Source: Mustelus asterias (lineage: Eukaryota). From it: a stretch of DNA of 64,000 bases. How positions within the stretch are numbered: position 1 is the stretch's first letter; every line of letters begins with the position of its first letter. Below, piece by piece: positions 50,901 through 62,579 of the stretch. The notes under the pieces were generated by a model. The model was not told the DNA's origin, did not search any database, and saw only the letters and a list, made by a program, of their open reading frames with translations. The position numbers and the translations under genes were made by a program. The stretch covers positions 62,001 to 126,000 of the forward strand of contig NW_027590385.1 of NCBI RefSeq assembly GCF_964213995.1. The letters are read 5' to 3'.

Positions 50901-53900
50901 TGATCACTGATAACCTTTTTGTTCCCTCTGAACCACTCAACAGCCGAGCCACGCAAGCTGGAACACATCAGTTCCACTTTGCATGTCCCACTGCTGGGCT
51001 GCTTTCTCTCGAGGCAAATCTGCAGCTCCCCAGCAGTACCTAGTGTGAAAAAGAGATTCGTAACTCGAGCAGCTGGCTGCAAGCAAAGATCTATTTTTAT
51101 TCTCTCACAAGATTTGGGTGTCGCAGGCTGGAACAGCATTTATTGACCATCCCTAATTGGTCTTGAGAAGGTGGTGGTGAGCTGCCTTCTTGAACCGCGT
51201 CAGTCCCCGTGATGTAGGTATACCCACAGTGCTGCTCGAGAGGGTGTTTCAGGATTTTGACACAGCGACAGTGAAGGAACAGTGATATATTTCCAAGTCA
51301 GGATGCTGAGTGACTTGGAGGGGAACCTCCAGGTGGTGGTCTTTCTGTTACTCTTCTAGATGGTAGAGGTCGTGCAATTGAAGGGTGCTGTCGAAGGAAT
51401 CTCAGTGAGTTCCTGCAGTGCATCGCGTAGAGGCTACTCATGGCTGCCACTGTGCGTCAGTGGTGGAAGGAGTGAATGTTTTTGGAAGGGCTGCTTTATC
51501 TTTGGCCGTGTAGAGCCTCATGGGTGTTGATGGAGCTGCACTTACCAAGGCAAGAGCAGACTATTCCATCATACTCCTGACTTGTGCCTGATGGTGGGTC
51601 TGTCTTCACAAAGGAAGACATGAATAATGTACCAAAAGCTCTGAGAGAAACAAGTTTTAATGAAGTGCTGAAGGAAATCAGTATTAATAGGGAAATGGTT
51701 TGGGGGAAAATAATGGGATTGAACAAAGAACAAAGAAAATTACAACACAGGAACAGGCCCTTCGGCCGTCCAAGCCTGCATCGACCATGCTGCCCGACTG
51801 AACTAAAGCCCCCTATCCTTCTGGGAACCTTATCGCTGTATTCCCATCTTATTCATGTATTTGGCAAGATGCCCCTTAAAAGTCACTGTCGTATCTGCTT
51901 CCACTACCTTCCCCAGCAGCGAGTTCCAGGCACCCACCACCCTCTGTGCAAAACACGTGCCTCATACATCGCCTTTCAACCTTGCCCCTCGCAACTTAAA
52001 CCTATGCCCCCTAGTAATTGACTCTTCTACTGTGGGAAAATAGCGTCTGACTATCCATTCTGCCCCCTTCATGATCTTGTAGAGGTTGATCAGTTCGCCC
52101 GCTCAACATTTGTCGTTCCAGCTCGAACAAACTAAGTTTCTCCAACCTCTGCTCACAGCTAATGTCCTGCATACCAGGCAACATCCTGGTTAAAGGGTGG
52201 CAGGTAAGAAGATAGGATAGGATAGGATAGGATAAAGACAGCAAAGAATGACAAAAAGATTAATAAAGAGGGAGAATGAGAGAAAGTTATCGAGGAAAAT
52301 GAGAAATTGAAATATAGTATATAATGTAACAATTTCCACAGATACTTCAAAAAGAAAAGTCAACAAAGTGAGCATTGGTCCTATGGAAAGTATGTCTGGG
52401 GAGTTGAAAACAAAACAATAAGGAGATAGGAGATGAACTGAACCAGTATTTTAAATAAAGGTTGGTGGCACGGTGGTTAGCATTGCTGCCTCATAGCGCC
52501 AGGGACTCGGGTTCAATTTTGGCTTCGGGTAACTGTCTGTTTGGAGTTTGCACGTTCTCCCCATGTCTGCATGGGTTTTCTCCGGGTGTTCCGTTTCCTC
52601 CCACAGTCCAAATATGTGCGGGTTATGTTGATTGGCAATGGTAAATTGACACTCTGGTCAGGGGAATTAGCAAGGTTAATATGAAGTATGAGGGGAATAG
52701 GGTCTGGGTGGGATTGTGGTCGGTGGCAGACTTGATGCTCTCAATGGCTTCCTTCTGCACTGCAGGCATTCTATTCTATGAAATTTCTTCTGCACCCTCT
52801 CCAAAACCTGCACATCCTTCTGGTAGCGTGAAGACCAGAATTGAACACGATATTCCATGTGCAGCCTAACTAAGGTTCTATAAAAATGCAACATGACTTG
52901 ACAATTTTTAAACTCAATGCCCCGGCCGATGAAGGCAAGCATGCTGTATGCATTCTTGACTACTTTATATAAAACTACAGCACAAAAGAGGCCGTTCGGC
53001 CCCACAAGTTGTGCCGAACATATCCCTACCTTCTCGGCCGACCTATAACACTCCATCCTATTACGTCCCATGTACTCATCCAGGAGTCTCGTAAAAGACC
53101 CTATTGAGTTTGCCTCCACCAACACTGACGGCAGCCGATTTCACTCGTCCACCACCCTCTCTGTGAAAAAGTTCACCCTCACAGTTCCCCTGTACCTAAC
53201 CCCCAGCACCTTAAACCTGTGTCCTCTCGTAGCAGCCATTTCCACCCTGAGAAAAAGCCTCTGAGAGTCCACTCGATCTATGCTTCTCAACATCTTATAC
53301 ACCTCTATTAGGTCTCCTCTCATCCTACGTCTCTCCAAGGAGAAAAGACCGAGCTCCCTCAGCCTATCCTCATAAGCCATGCCACTCAATCACTGACCAA
53401 CATCCTTCTAAATCTCCTCTGCACCCTTTCAATCTTTTCCACATCTTTCCTATAATGAGGCGACCAGAACTAAGCACAGTACTCCAAGTGGGGTCTGACG
53501 AGGGTCTTATATAGCTGGATCATTATCCCCCGACTCCTAAACCCAATCCCTCGATTGATAAAGGCCAGCACACCATACGCCTTCTTAACCACCTCCTCCA
53601 CCTCCGGGGCCGATTTTAGAGTCCTATGGACCCGGACCCCAAGGTCCTTCTGATCCTCTACAGTACTAAGAGTCTTTCCCTTTATATTGTACTCCTTCAT
53701 CCCATTTGACCTGCCAAAATGGACCACTACGCATTTATCTGGGTTGAAGTCCATCTGCCACTTCTCCACCCAGTCTTGCATCCTATCTATGTCCCTCTGT
53801 AACTTCTGACATCCCTCCAGACTATCTACAACCCCACCAAACTTTGGGTCGTCGACAAACTTACCAACCCATCCCTCCACGTCCTCATCCAGGTCATTTA

Positions 53901-56900
53901 TGAAAATGACAAACAGCAAGGGTCCCAGAACAGATCCCTGGGGCACACCACTGGTGACCGACCTCCATTTAGAAAAAGACCCATCTGTACCCACTCTCTG
54001 CCTCCTCTGGGCAAGCCGTTCTGGATCCACAGGGCAGCAGCCCCTTGGATACCATGCCCTCTCACTTTTTCTAGAACCCTTGCATAGGGGACCTTATCGA
54101 ACGCCTTGCTAAGATCCATATAAACCACATCTACCGCTTTCCCTTCGTCAATGTGTTTAGTCACATTTTCGAAGAACTCCACCAGGCTCGTAAGGCACGA
54201 TCTGCCTTTGACAAAGCCATGCTGAGTATGCTTGAGCATACTAAACCTCTCTAAATGCTCATAAATCTTGTCCCACAGGATTTTCTCCATCAGCTTACCA
54301 ACCACTGAGGTTAGACTCACCAGTCGGTAATTTCCTGGGTTATCCTTATTCCCCTTCTTGAAAATAGTAACCACATCCGCAATCCTCCAATCCTCCGGCA
54401 CCTCTCCCGTCTCCATCGACCTTCTCCACCTGCGTTGCCACTTTCAGTGACTTGGATATCTGCACACCCAGATCCCTCTGCCTGTCAATATTCTTAAGGG
54501 TTCTGCCATTTACTGTATATTTCCCATCTATATTAGACTCCCAAAATGCATTACCTCACATTTGTCCATTAAACTCCAGCTGCCATCTCTCCGCCCAAGT
54601 CTCGAACCATTCTATATCCTGCTGTATCCTCTGACAGTCGTCACTGCGATCCACAATTCCTCCAATCTTTGCATCATCTGCAGACTTACTAATCAAACCA
54701 GTTACATTTACCTCCAAATCATTGATATATATTACAAGCATCAAAAGTCCCAGCATTGATCCCTGAAGAACGCCACTTGTCACAGCCCTCCATTCAGAAA
54801 CGCACCCTTCCACTACTACCCTCTGTCTTCTATGACCGAGGCAGTTCTGCAACCATCTTGCCAGCTGATCTCTGACCCCGTGCGACTTAACCTTCTGTAC
54901 CAGTCTGCCATGAGGGACCTTGTCAAAGGCCTTACTGAAGTCCATGTAGACAACATGCACTGCCCTACCCTCATCAATCATCGTCGCCACTTCCTCGAAA
55001 AACTCGATTAACTAAGTGAGACACGACCTCCCCATCACAAAACCATGTTGTGTCTCACTAATACGTCCACTTATTTTCAAGTGGGAGTAAATCCTGTCTC
55101 GAAGAATGCTCTCCAATAATTTCCCCACCATTGGCTGAAGGCTCACCGGCCTTTAATTACCTGGTTTATCCTTACTACCCTTCGTAAACAAAGGAACAAC
55201 GTTATCCAATCTTCTGGGACCTCCACTGTACTAGTGAGGATACAAAGATTTCTCTCAAGTCCTGAGCAGTTTCCTCCCTTGCATCTCTCAGTATTCTGGG
55301 GTGTTTCCCATCGGGCCCCGTGGACTCGTCTAATTTAGTGCTTCTCAAGAACCCAATATTGCCTCCTTTTTGGTCTCATCATGACGCAAACTATCTACAC
55401 ACACTTCCCCAGACTCGTCATTAAGCAAGTCCTCCTCTTTTGTGAAAACTGACGCAAAGTATTCATTTAATACCGCGCTCATTTCCTCTTTTCCTCCAGC
55501 TCCACGCATAGATCCCCTCCCCTGTCCTCCTCCAGGTCCCTTGCTTTCTCTTCATATATGCATTAAAAGGATTTTCCTTAATCCTGCTGGCCAATTACTT
55601 TATGTGACCCCTTTTAGCCCTCCTTACTCCTTGCTTGAGCTTCTTTCTACTTTTCTTGTATTCCACTTCTCCTTCGTGTGTTCCCATTCTCCTAGCCTTG
55701 ACAAATGCTTCCTTTTTCTCCAGCCAAAAGAGAAAATGCTGGAAAATCTCAGCAGGTCTGGCCGCATCTGTAAGGAGAGAAAAGAGCTGACGTTTCGACT
55801 CCAGATGACCCTTTGTCAAAGCCAAAAGACATAGAAAGTCAGAGATATTTATAGTGCAGGGTGAGGAAATGAAAGGTGAGTCATCGCCACAGGAACCATG
55901 AGCTTCCTTTTTTTCTCTTTGACTAGGCTCACAATATCTCTCACTATCCAAGTTTGCTGAAACTTGCCATAATTACCCTTCAGACTTATAGGAATGTGCC
56001 AGTCCTGAATTCCTACCAACTTGCAGTTGAAAACCTCCCACATGTCAGAAATTGATTTGCCCTCAAATATCTGCCCCAATCTATATTCTTCAATTGCTGC
56101 CAAATAATGTTGTAATTCGCCTTCCCCTAATTTAGCACCTTCACTTGAGGACTACACTTATCTTTATCCATCAGTACCTGAAAGCTTACTGAATTGTGGT
56201 CACTGTTCCCAAACTGCTCTCCTCCTGAAACGTCGTCACCCGGCCAGGCTCATTCCCCAATACCAGGTCCAGTACGGCTCCTTCCCGAGTTGGGCTATCG
56301 ACATAATAGTTCAAGTCATCCTCCTGGATGTGCCTTACAAACTCTGCCCCATCCACATCGCGAGCACTAAGTAGTCCCAGTCATTTTGGGGAAATTAATA
56401 TCTCCCTCCACAGCAACCCTGTTACTTTTGCACCTTGCCAAAATCCGCCTATATATCTGTTCCTCTGTCGCTGGCTTTTGGGGGGACTACAGTAAACCCC
56501 CAGCGTTGTGACTACACCCTTCCTGTTCCTGAGCTCTTCCCATGTTGCCTCGCTGTATGAGCTCTCTGAGGTGTCCTCCCACAATACATTTGTGATATTC
56601 TCCAGTAGTGTAACTCCCCCACCCCTTTTAGATCCCCCTCTATCCCACTGAAAACATCTGTATCCTGGAACGGAAAGCTGCCAATCCTGTCCTTCCCTTA
56701 ACCAAGTCTATAGTGGCAACAACATCATAATTCCAAGTATTAATCCAAGCCCTAAGTCCTTACCTGTTACACTTCCCGCATTGAAACAAATGTACATCAG
56801 TCCACCAGAACCTCTTTGATGAGCAACCACACTCTGCCTGCTCTTTCTCTGAATTTTACTGGACCTACTCTCCAGTCCTCCTTAAGTGGGCGGCATGGTG

Positions 56901-59900
56901 GCACAGTGGTTTGCACCGCTGCTTCCCAGCGTGATGGACCAGGGTTCGATTGCCTTCTTGGGTTACTGTCTGTGTTACACTCTTTCTAAAATGGTCTCTG
57001 GGGCCTTATAATCTTCATGTCAGAGTACATAACGGAACAGCCCTAGAGGGGGGTGGCACGGTGGCACAGTGGTCAGCACTGTTGCCTCAAAGCTCGAGCT
57101 TTAATTCCAGCCACGATCACTGTCTGTTTAGAGTTTGCACGTCCTCCCCATGTCTGCGTGGGTTCCTTCAGGGTGTTCCGGTTTCCTCCCACAGTCTGAA
57201 AGACGTGCTGGTTAGGTGCATTGATCCGAACAAGTGCCAAGTGCGGTGACTAGGGGAATTTCACCGTCACTTAATTGCAGTGTTAATGCAAGCCTTATTT
57301 ATGACTAATAAATGAACTTTTACTTTAAGTTAATTCACCTTTGCTTTGGTTCCTATCCCCTGCCAAAGTACTTTAAATCCTCCCGTGTGATACTAGCAAA
57401 CCTCCCGGTCAGAATATTAATGCCCCTCCAGTTTAGATACAAGCCGTCCTTGTACAGATCCCACCTGTCCCGTAAGAGATCCCAGTGGTCCAGATATCTA
57501 AACCCTGCCCCGTACACCAGTTGTTGAGCCACATGTTGAGCTGTACTACCTTCCAATTTCTAGCCTCATTGGTACATAGCGCAGGTAATAATCCTGAGAT
57601 TACAATCCTAGAGGTCCTGCTTTTTAACATTCTATCTAACTCCCTAAACTGCTGCAGGATCTCATCACTCTTTCTAAAATGGTCACTGGGGCCTTATAAT
57701 CTTCATGTCAGAGTACATAACGGAACAGCCCTAGAGGGGGGTGGCACGGTGACACAGTGGTCAGCACTGTTGCCTCAAAGCTCGAGCTTTAATTCCAGCC
57801 TCGATCACTGTCTGTTTAGAGTTTACACGTTCTCCCCTTGTCTGCGTGGGTCTCCTCCGGGTGCCCCGGTTTCCTCCCACAGTCAAAAGTTACAGAGTTA
57901 AAGGTTCTAACAGAGCAGAAGGAGGCCATTCAGCCCATCAAGTCTGCAAGGAACGCAATCCCACCCAGGCTCTATCCCCGTAACCCCATGTATTTAACCA
58001 AGCTAGTCCCTCTGACACTATGGGGCAATTTAGCATGGCCAATCCACCTAACCCACACATGCTTGGAATGTGGGAGGAAACCGGAGCACCTGGAGGAAAT
58101 CCACGCAGACACGGGGAGAACGTGCAGACTCCGCACAGACAGTGACCCAAGCCAGGAATCGAACCCAGATCCCTGGCGATGTGAGGCAGCTGTGCTAACC
58201 ACTGTGCCACCGTGCCGCGTGCAGATTAGGTTGATTGGCCATACCAAATTGACCCGAGTGTCAGTGGATTGGCAGGGTAAATATGTGGGGTCATGGGAAT
58301 AGGGTCTGGGTGGCATTGTGGTCGGTGCAAACTCGATCGGCCAAACGGCTTCCTTCAGAACTGTATGAATTCTGTGATTCTATGAAATAGGGACACCTTT
58401 GGTGTCATTTTCCAGTTCTTTGGACTCTGGACTGGTTCCTGCAGATTGGAGGGTAGATAATGTAAGCCCGCGATTCAGAAAATGGGGTAGTGAGAACAGG
58501 GTACTATGGACCAATGAGCCTGACATCAGTATTGGCGAAGGAGCTGGAGTCCGTTTATCAAGTATTTCAAAACTCAGCAGTTGGAAAACAGTGGTATAAT
58601 CAGGCAATGCCAGCATCTATTTACAAAGGAGAAATCATGCTTGATGAATCTATTGGAATTATTTGAGAATGTAACTAGTAGAGGAGAACTAGAGAAGGTG
58701 GTTTATTTGGACTTTCAGAAGGCTTTTAACAAGTTAGTGTCTTGAGATAGATAGAAAGCTGGTTAGCAGGCCGGAAACAGAGTTCGCATAAATGGGTCTT
58801 TTTTCGATTGGCAAGCAGTGAAGTGACTCGTGGACGACTGCAGGGATCGGTGTTGGGATCCCAACTGTTCACATAAAAGATTGATGATTCGGAAGAGGGA
58901 ACGAAATGTATTAGCTCCAAGTTTGCAGATGACAAATTATGGTGGGAGGGTGAGCTGTGAGGAGGATGCAGGGATTCTTTAACCTGATTTGGACAGGCTG
59001 AATGAGAATGAGTGCGCATACGCATGGCAGATGCAGTATAACGTGGACAAATGTGAGATTATCCACTTTGGTGGCAATAATAGGAAGACAGATTATTGTT
59101 TGAATGGTTGTAAACTGAGAGAGGTGGATTCTCACCGAGACCTTGGTGCCCTCGTGCATCAGTTGCCGAAAGTAAACACTGAGGCACTTAGCAGGCAGTA
59201 AAGAAGGCAAATAGTATGTTGGACTTCATAGCGAGAGATAAGAGTGTCGGAATAGGGATGTTTTATTGCAATTGTGTCGGGTGTTGGTGAGGCCACACTT
59301 GGAGTACTGTGTGCAGTTTTGGTGTCCGTATCTGAGGAAGGGTGTCCTTGCTATAGGAGGCAAGCACCAAAGGGTTACCAGGCTCATTCCTGGAGTGGCA
59401 GGTCCGTCATGTGAGGAGAGACTAAATCAGTTACGCTTATATTCACTGGGGTTTAGAAGAGTGAGAGGGGATCTCATAGGAATTATTAAATGGCGGGGGA
59501 GTCCAGAATTAGGTGTCGTACTTTGAGGATAAGGGATGAACTGATTAAGACTGAGGTGATTAAAAATGTCTTCACCCAGAGAGTGGTGAATCTGTGGAAT
59601 TCAATGTGACAGCAAGGAGTTAAGGCCAAAACGTTGTGTGATTTCAAGTTATTAGATATAGCTCAAGGGATCAAGGGATATGCGGGGGGTGGGGGGGGGG
59701 GAGGTGGTGGGGGGATGGTTGAGGGAGGGGGTGATCAGTTTCTGAGTATCTGACTGAGAAGATGAGTGGTTATGCTGTAGCAATGAGAGGCAAACATAAG
59801 AAATATTTCTAAAATCAACAAATGAGACGCCATCAAATCTGAATTTCAAATTGAGACTGAGGGTTTTTAAAGTCTTAATCAAAGGGATTTCAGGAAAAGG

Positions 59901-62569
59901 TGAGCAGATGATGTTTGATCCCAAAGTAGACAAGATCATGTTGAAAAGCTCAACAGTTTTGTACTGCCTGTCCTCAACTGCCTCACACTCAGACCCTTCC
60001 TCACACTCACACACACCCCTCTCACCCTCCTTCATACACCCTCTACTATATAAGCACCCTCCATCACAAGCTCACCACCTCCCCCTCACATTATCTCCCT
60101 CACACCCCCCCCACCCCTTTCCCTCACCCCCTTTCCCTCACCCCTTCTCCCTCACCCCCTCTCCTTATGCACCCTCACTTATACCGTCACCCGCCCTCAC
60201 AATCACACCCACCTTCGCACCCTGTCCTGCTTATACCTTCTCCTTCCCTCACATCCTTTCCTTCACACTCGCTTCCTCATGTGTATTCTCCTTCATACTC
60301 ACCCCCTCTGCCACACTCTCCCCTTCCCTCTCCCTCACACACTCTCCCTCACACTCACCGTTCCTCTCGCTCAGTCACATTCACTCACGCTGGTGCTCAC
60401 TCACAACTCACACCTTTTCCCTCTCATACCTTCTCCCACCCTCTCACCCTTTCCTGCACACTCGCCCTCCTCCGCACTTACGCCATCCCACGCCCTCATC
60501 CCCTCTCCCCCACACTCACCCTCTTCCCGCACTCTCGCCCCCTGCCCTCACACGCCCTCACCCCCTTCCTCATCCTACCACTCCGCACTCTTGAGTCATA
60601 GAAACCCTACAGTGCAGAAGGAGGCCATTCGGCCCATCGAGTCTGCACCGACCACAATCCCACCCAGGCTCTACCCCCACATATTTACCCGCTAATCCCT
60701 CTAACTACACATCTCAGGGACAATTTTTAACCTGGCCAATCAACCTAACCCACACATCTTTGGACTGTGGGAGGAAACCGGAGCACCCGGAGGAAACCCA
60801 CGCAGACACGAGGAGAATGTGCAAACTCCACACAGACAGTGACCCGAGCCGGGAATCGAACCCGGGACCCTGGAGCTGTGAAGCAGCAGTGCTAACCACT
60901 GTGCTACCGTGCTGCCCAAGTCATAGAGCTTTATAGCATGGAAACAGGCCCTTCTGCCCAACTAGTCCCTGCCACCCTTTTTTTTAACCACTAAGCTAGT
61001 CCCAATTACCTGCATTTGGCCCATATCCCTGTCGACCCATCTTACCCATGTAGCTGTCTGAACGCTTTTTAAAAGACAAAATTGTACCCGTCTCTATTAC
61101 TATCTTTGGCAGCTTGTTCCAGACACTCACCACCCTCTGTGAAAAACTTGCCCCTCTCGACAAATTTGTATCTCTCCCCTCTCACCTTAAACCTATGCCC
61201 TCTAGTTTTCCCCTACCTCTGGGAAAATATGTTGATTAGCTAACTGATCTATGGCCCTCATTATCTTATAGACCTCTATTCTCACCCCTAGGTCCTCCTA
61301 AGTCTCCTGCTCTCCAGGGAAAAATGTCCCAGCCTATCCAGCCTCTCCTTATAACTCAAACCATTAAGTCCTGGTAACATCCTAATAAATTATTTCTACA
61401 TTCTTTCTAGTTTAATAATCTCCTTTATGAAATAGGATGACCAGAACTGTACACAGTATTCCAAGTATGGCCTTGCCAATGTTTTGTACAAATTCAACAA
61501 GACGTCCCAACTACTGTATTCATTGGTCTAACCGAGGGAACCAAGCATGCCGAATGCCTTCTTCACCACTCTGTCCTCCCCCTCCTCTCCACTCACCCCC
61601 TCCCCCGCACTCTCACCGTCCATCACAGGTACCCTCCATCACAGGCACCCTCCATCATAGACACTCTCCATCATAGTCACTCTCCATCTCAGTAACCCTC
61701 TCTCACACGCCCCTTCCTCACGCATCCTCTGCCACTCCCTCTCTCTCAGGCCCTAATTCAATTGATGTGGTTCACTCCATCTTATCACTTTCTCACCTCA
61801 CATCCTCCCCTCACTCTCTCACCTTTGCTGAATCTCTCTGTGACTCCCTCCCTCTCAATGCCTCTTTCTCACTCATCCTCTCTCACTCCCTTCCTCCTAC
61901 TCCCTCTCCTCACTCACACCCCTTCCCAATTTCTTCCTTTCCTCCCTCACCACTGTCTCCCTCATTCACCCCTCCATCACTCAAAACTCCCTTCCTTACT
62001 ACTCACTCTATAACTCACTCACCACTTCTTCCCTGTCCTCCCTCACTCTACCCCTCACCCCTTCACCACTCCCTCCCTCCATCACTCTTTCCCTCCCTCA
62101 CTCACAACTCCCTTCTTCACTCACAATTCCCTCCCTCACTCACTCACCACTCCCTCCCTCACTCACTCACCAGTCCCTCCGTCAATCTTTCCCTCACTCA
62201 CTCCATTCCCTCTATGTATAACTCACTCACCAATCCCTCCGTCACTCTTTCCCTCCCTCACTCACCACTCCCTCCCTCACTCACCACTCCACAGTGACAG
62301 CAGGATCATGGTTCCCCACAGATTTCCATACACTGGATCCATTGGTTGATTCCTGCGGATTGGAAGGTGCAGAGAGATGGTGGACGAACGAGGCTGAGAG
62401 AATCTTCAGAAACTGCTGACGAATTGAATCCGTTCAGTGCAAGAATTGAAGGGTTTGGTCCAGAAACTTGCGATAGCATCTGAGACTTGGTCACTTCCTG
62501 AGAAAAGGTGTCAGCTGATAACATCCACAAAACCAAAATAGACGCCAGAGCACAAAATTCTTCTCGGAA
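44479..62569 (-). CDS. SLAM/CD2-like Ig-superfamily type I receptor with ITAM-bearing tail (5 exons; ATG exon not found)
   Basis: join(62569-62332, 51039-50740, 49797-49687, 49246-49214, 44969-44479). All junctions are GT-AG and phase-1 compatible, giving about 390 aa without stops. Confidence 0.75.
45730..49100. repeat. ~69-70-bp minisatellite interrupted by a CR1 insertion
   Basis: Unit CCATCAAACACTCCCAGGACAGGTACAGCACGGTGTTAGATACAGAGTAAAGCTCCCTCTACACTGTCC at 45730-46071 and 48383-49100. Confidence 0.9.
46072..48382 (-). mobile_element. CR1-type LINE, 5'-truncated
   Basis: ORF 47824-46160 with RT motifs; (CCATAAGA)n tail; flanked by CTCTACAC on both sides (probable TSD). Confidence 0.92.
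49214..49246 (-). CDS. Receptor juxtamembrane mini-exon
   Basis: Polypyrimidine tract and TAG acceptor, 33 nt (S)[10 protein letters not shown](G), donor AAG|GTAGGG. Confidence 0.7.
49375..49615. repeat. ~30-bp tandem repeat
   Basis: About 8 units of CAGTG(T/C)GAGATCCCCTGTCTCTCACACCCC. Confidence 0.85.
49687..49797 (-). CDS. Receptor transmembrane exon
   Basis: Acceptor TTCTATTTACAG; [37 protein letters not shown]; donor CA|GTTAAG (weak). Confidence 0.8.
50205..50470. repeat. Imperfect (TG)n microsatellite
   Basis: Directly visible. Confidence 0.95.
50740..51039 (-). CDS. Receptor Ig C2-set exon (SLAM/CD2-like)
   Basis: 300-nt phase 1-1 exon: [79 protein letters not shown], with the C-x5-C..W..YxC..C pattern. 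Confidence 0.85.
51590..59690. mobile_element. Nest of degenerate CR1 LINEs and HE1-type SINEs within the receptor intron
   Basis: Minus-strand CR1 pieces 51722-57660 (RT, APE, SGNH-type ORF1) with a second CR1 nested at ~52975-54418. SINEs at ~52460-52780, 56890-57310 and 57740-58380. Plus-strand CR1 at 58385-59680. Confidence 0.85.
59990..62290. repeat. C/T-rich low-complexity tracts with an embedded HE1-type SINE (60595-60916) and CR1 3' fragment (60920-61575)
   Basis: Directly visible; the SINE has intact A/B-box-like head on the minus strand. Confidence 0.85.
62332..62569 (-). CDS. Putative receptor exon: signal peptide + Ser/Pro-rich N-terminal segment
   Basis: Island of unique sequence between low-complexity tracts. 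CAG acceptor after a pyrimidine tract; [32 protein letters not shown]; donor T|GTATGG in phase with the C2 exon. Confidence 0.55.
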
Positions 62570-62579
62570 CTGACCACGA

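Noticed and set aside
59652-60035. Minus-strand ORF ending ..DFRNISYVC as the missing receptor V domain
   Set aside because: No suitable acceptor/donor pair and no convincing B- or C-strand motifs.
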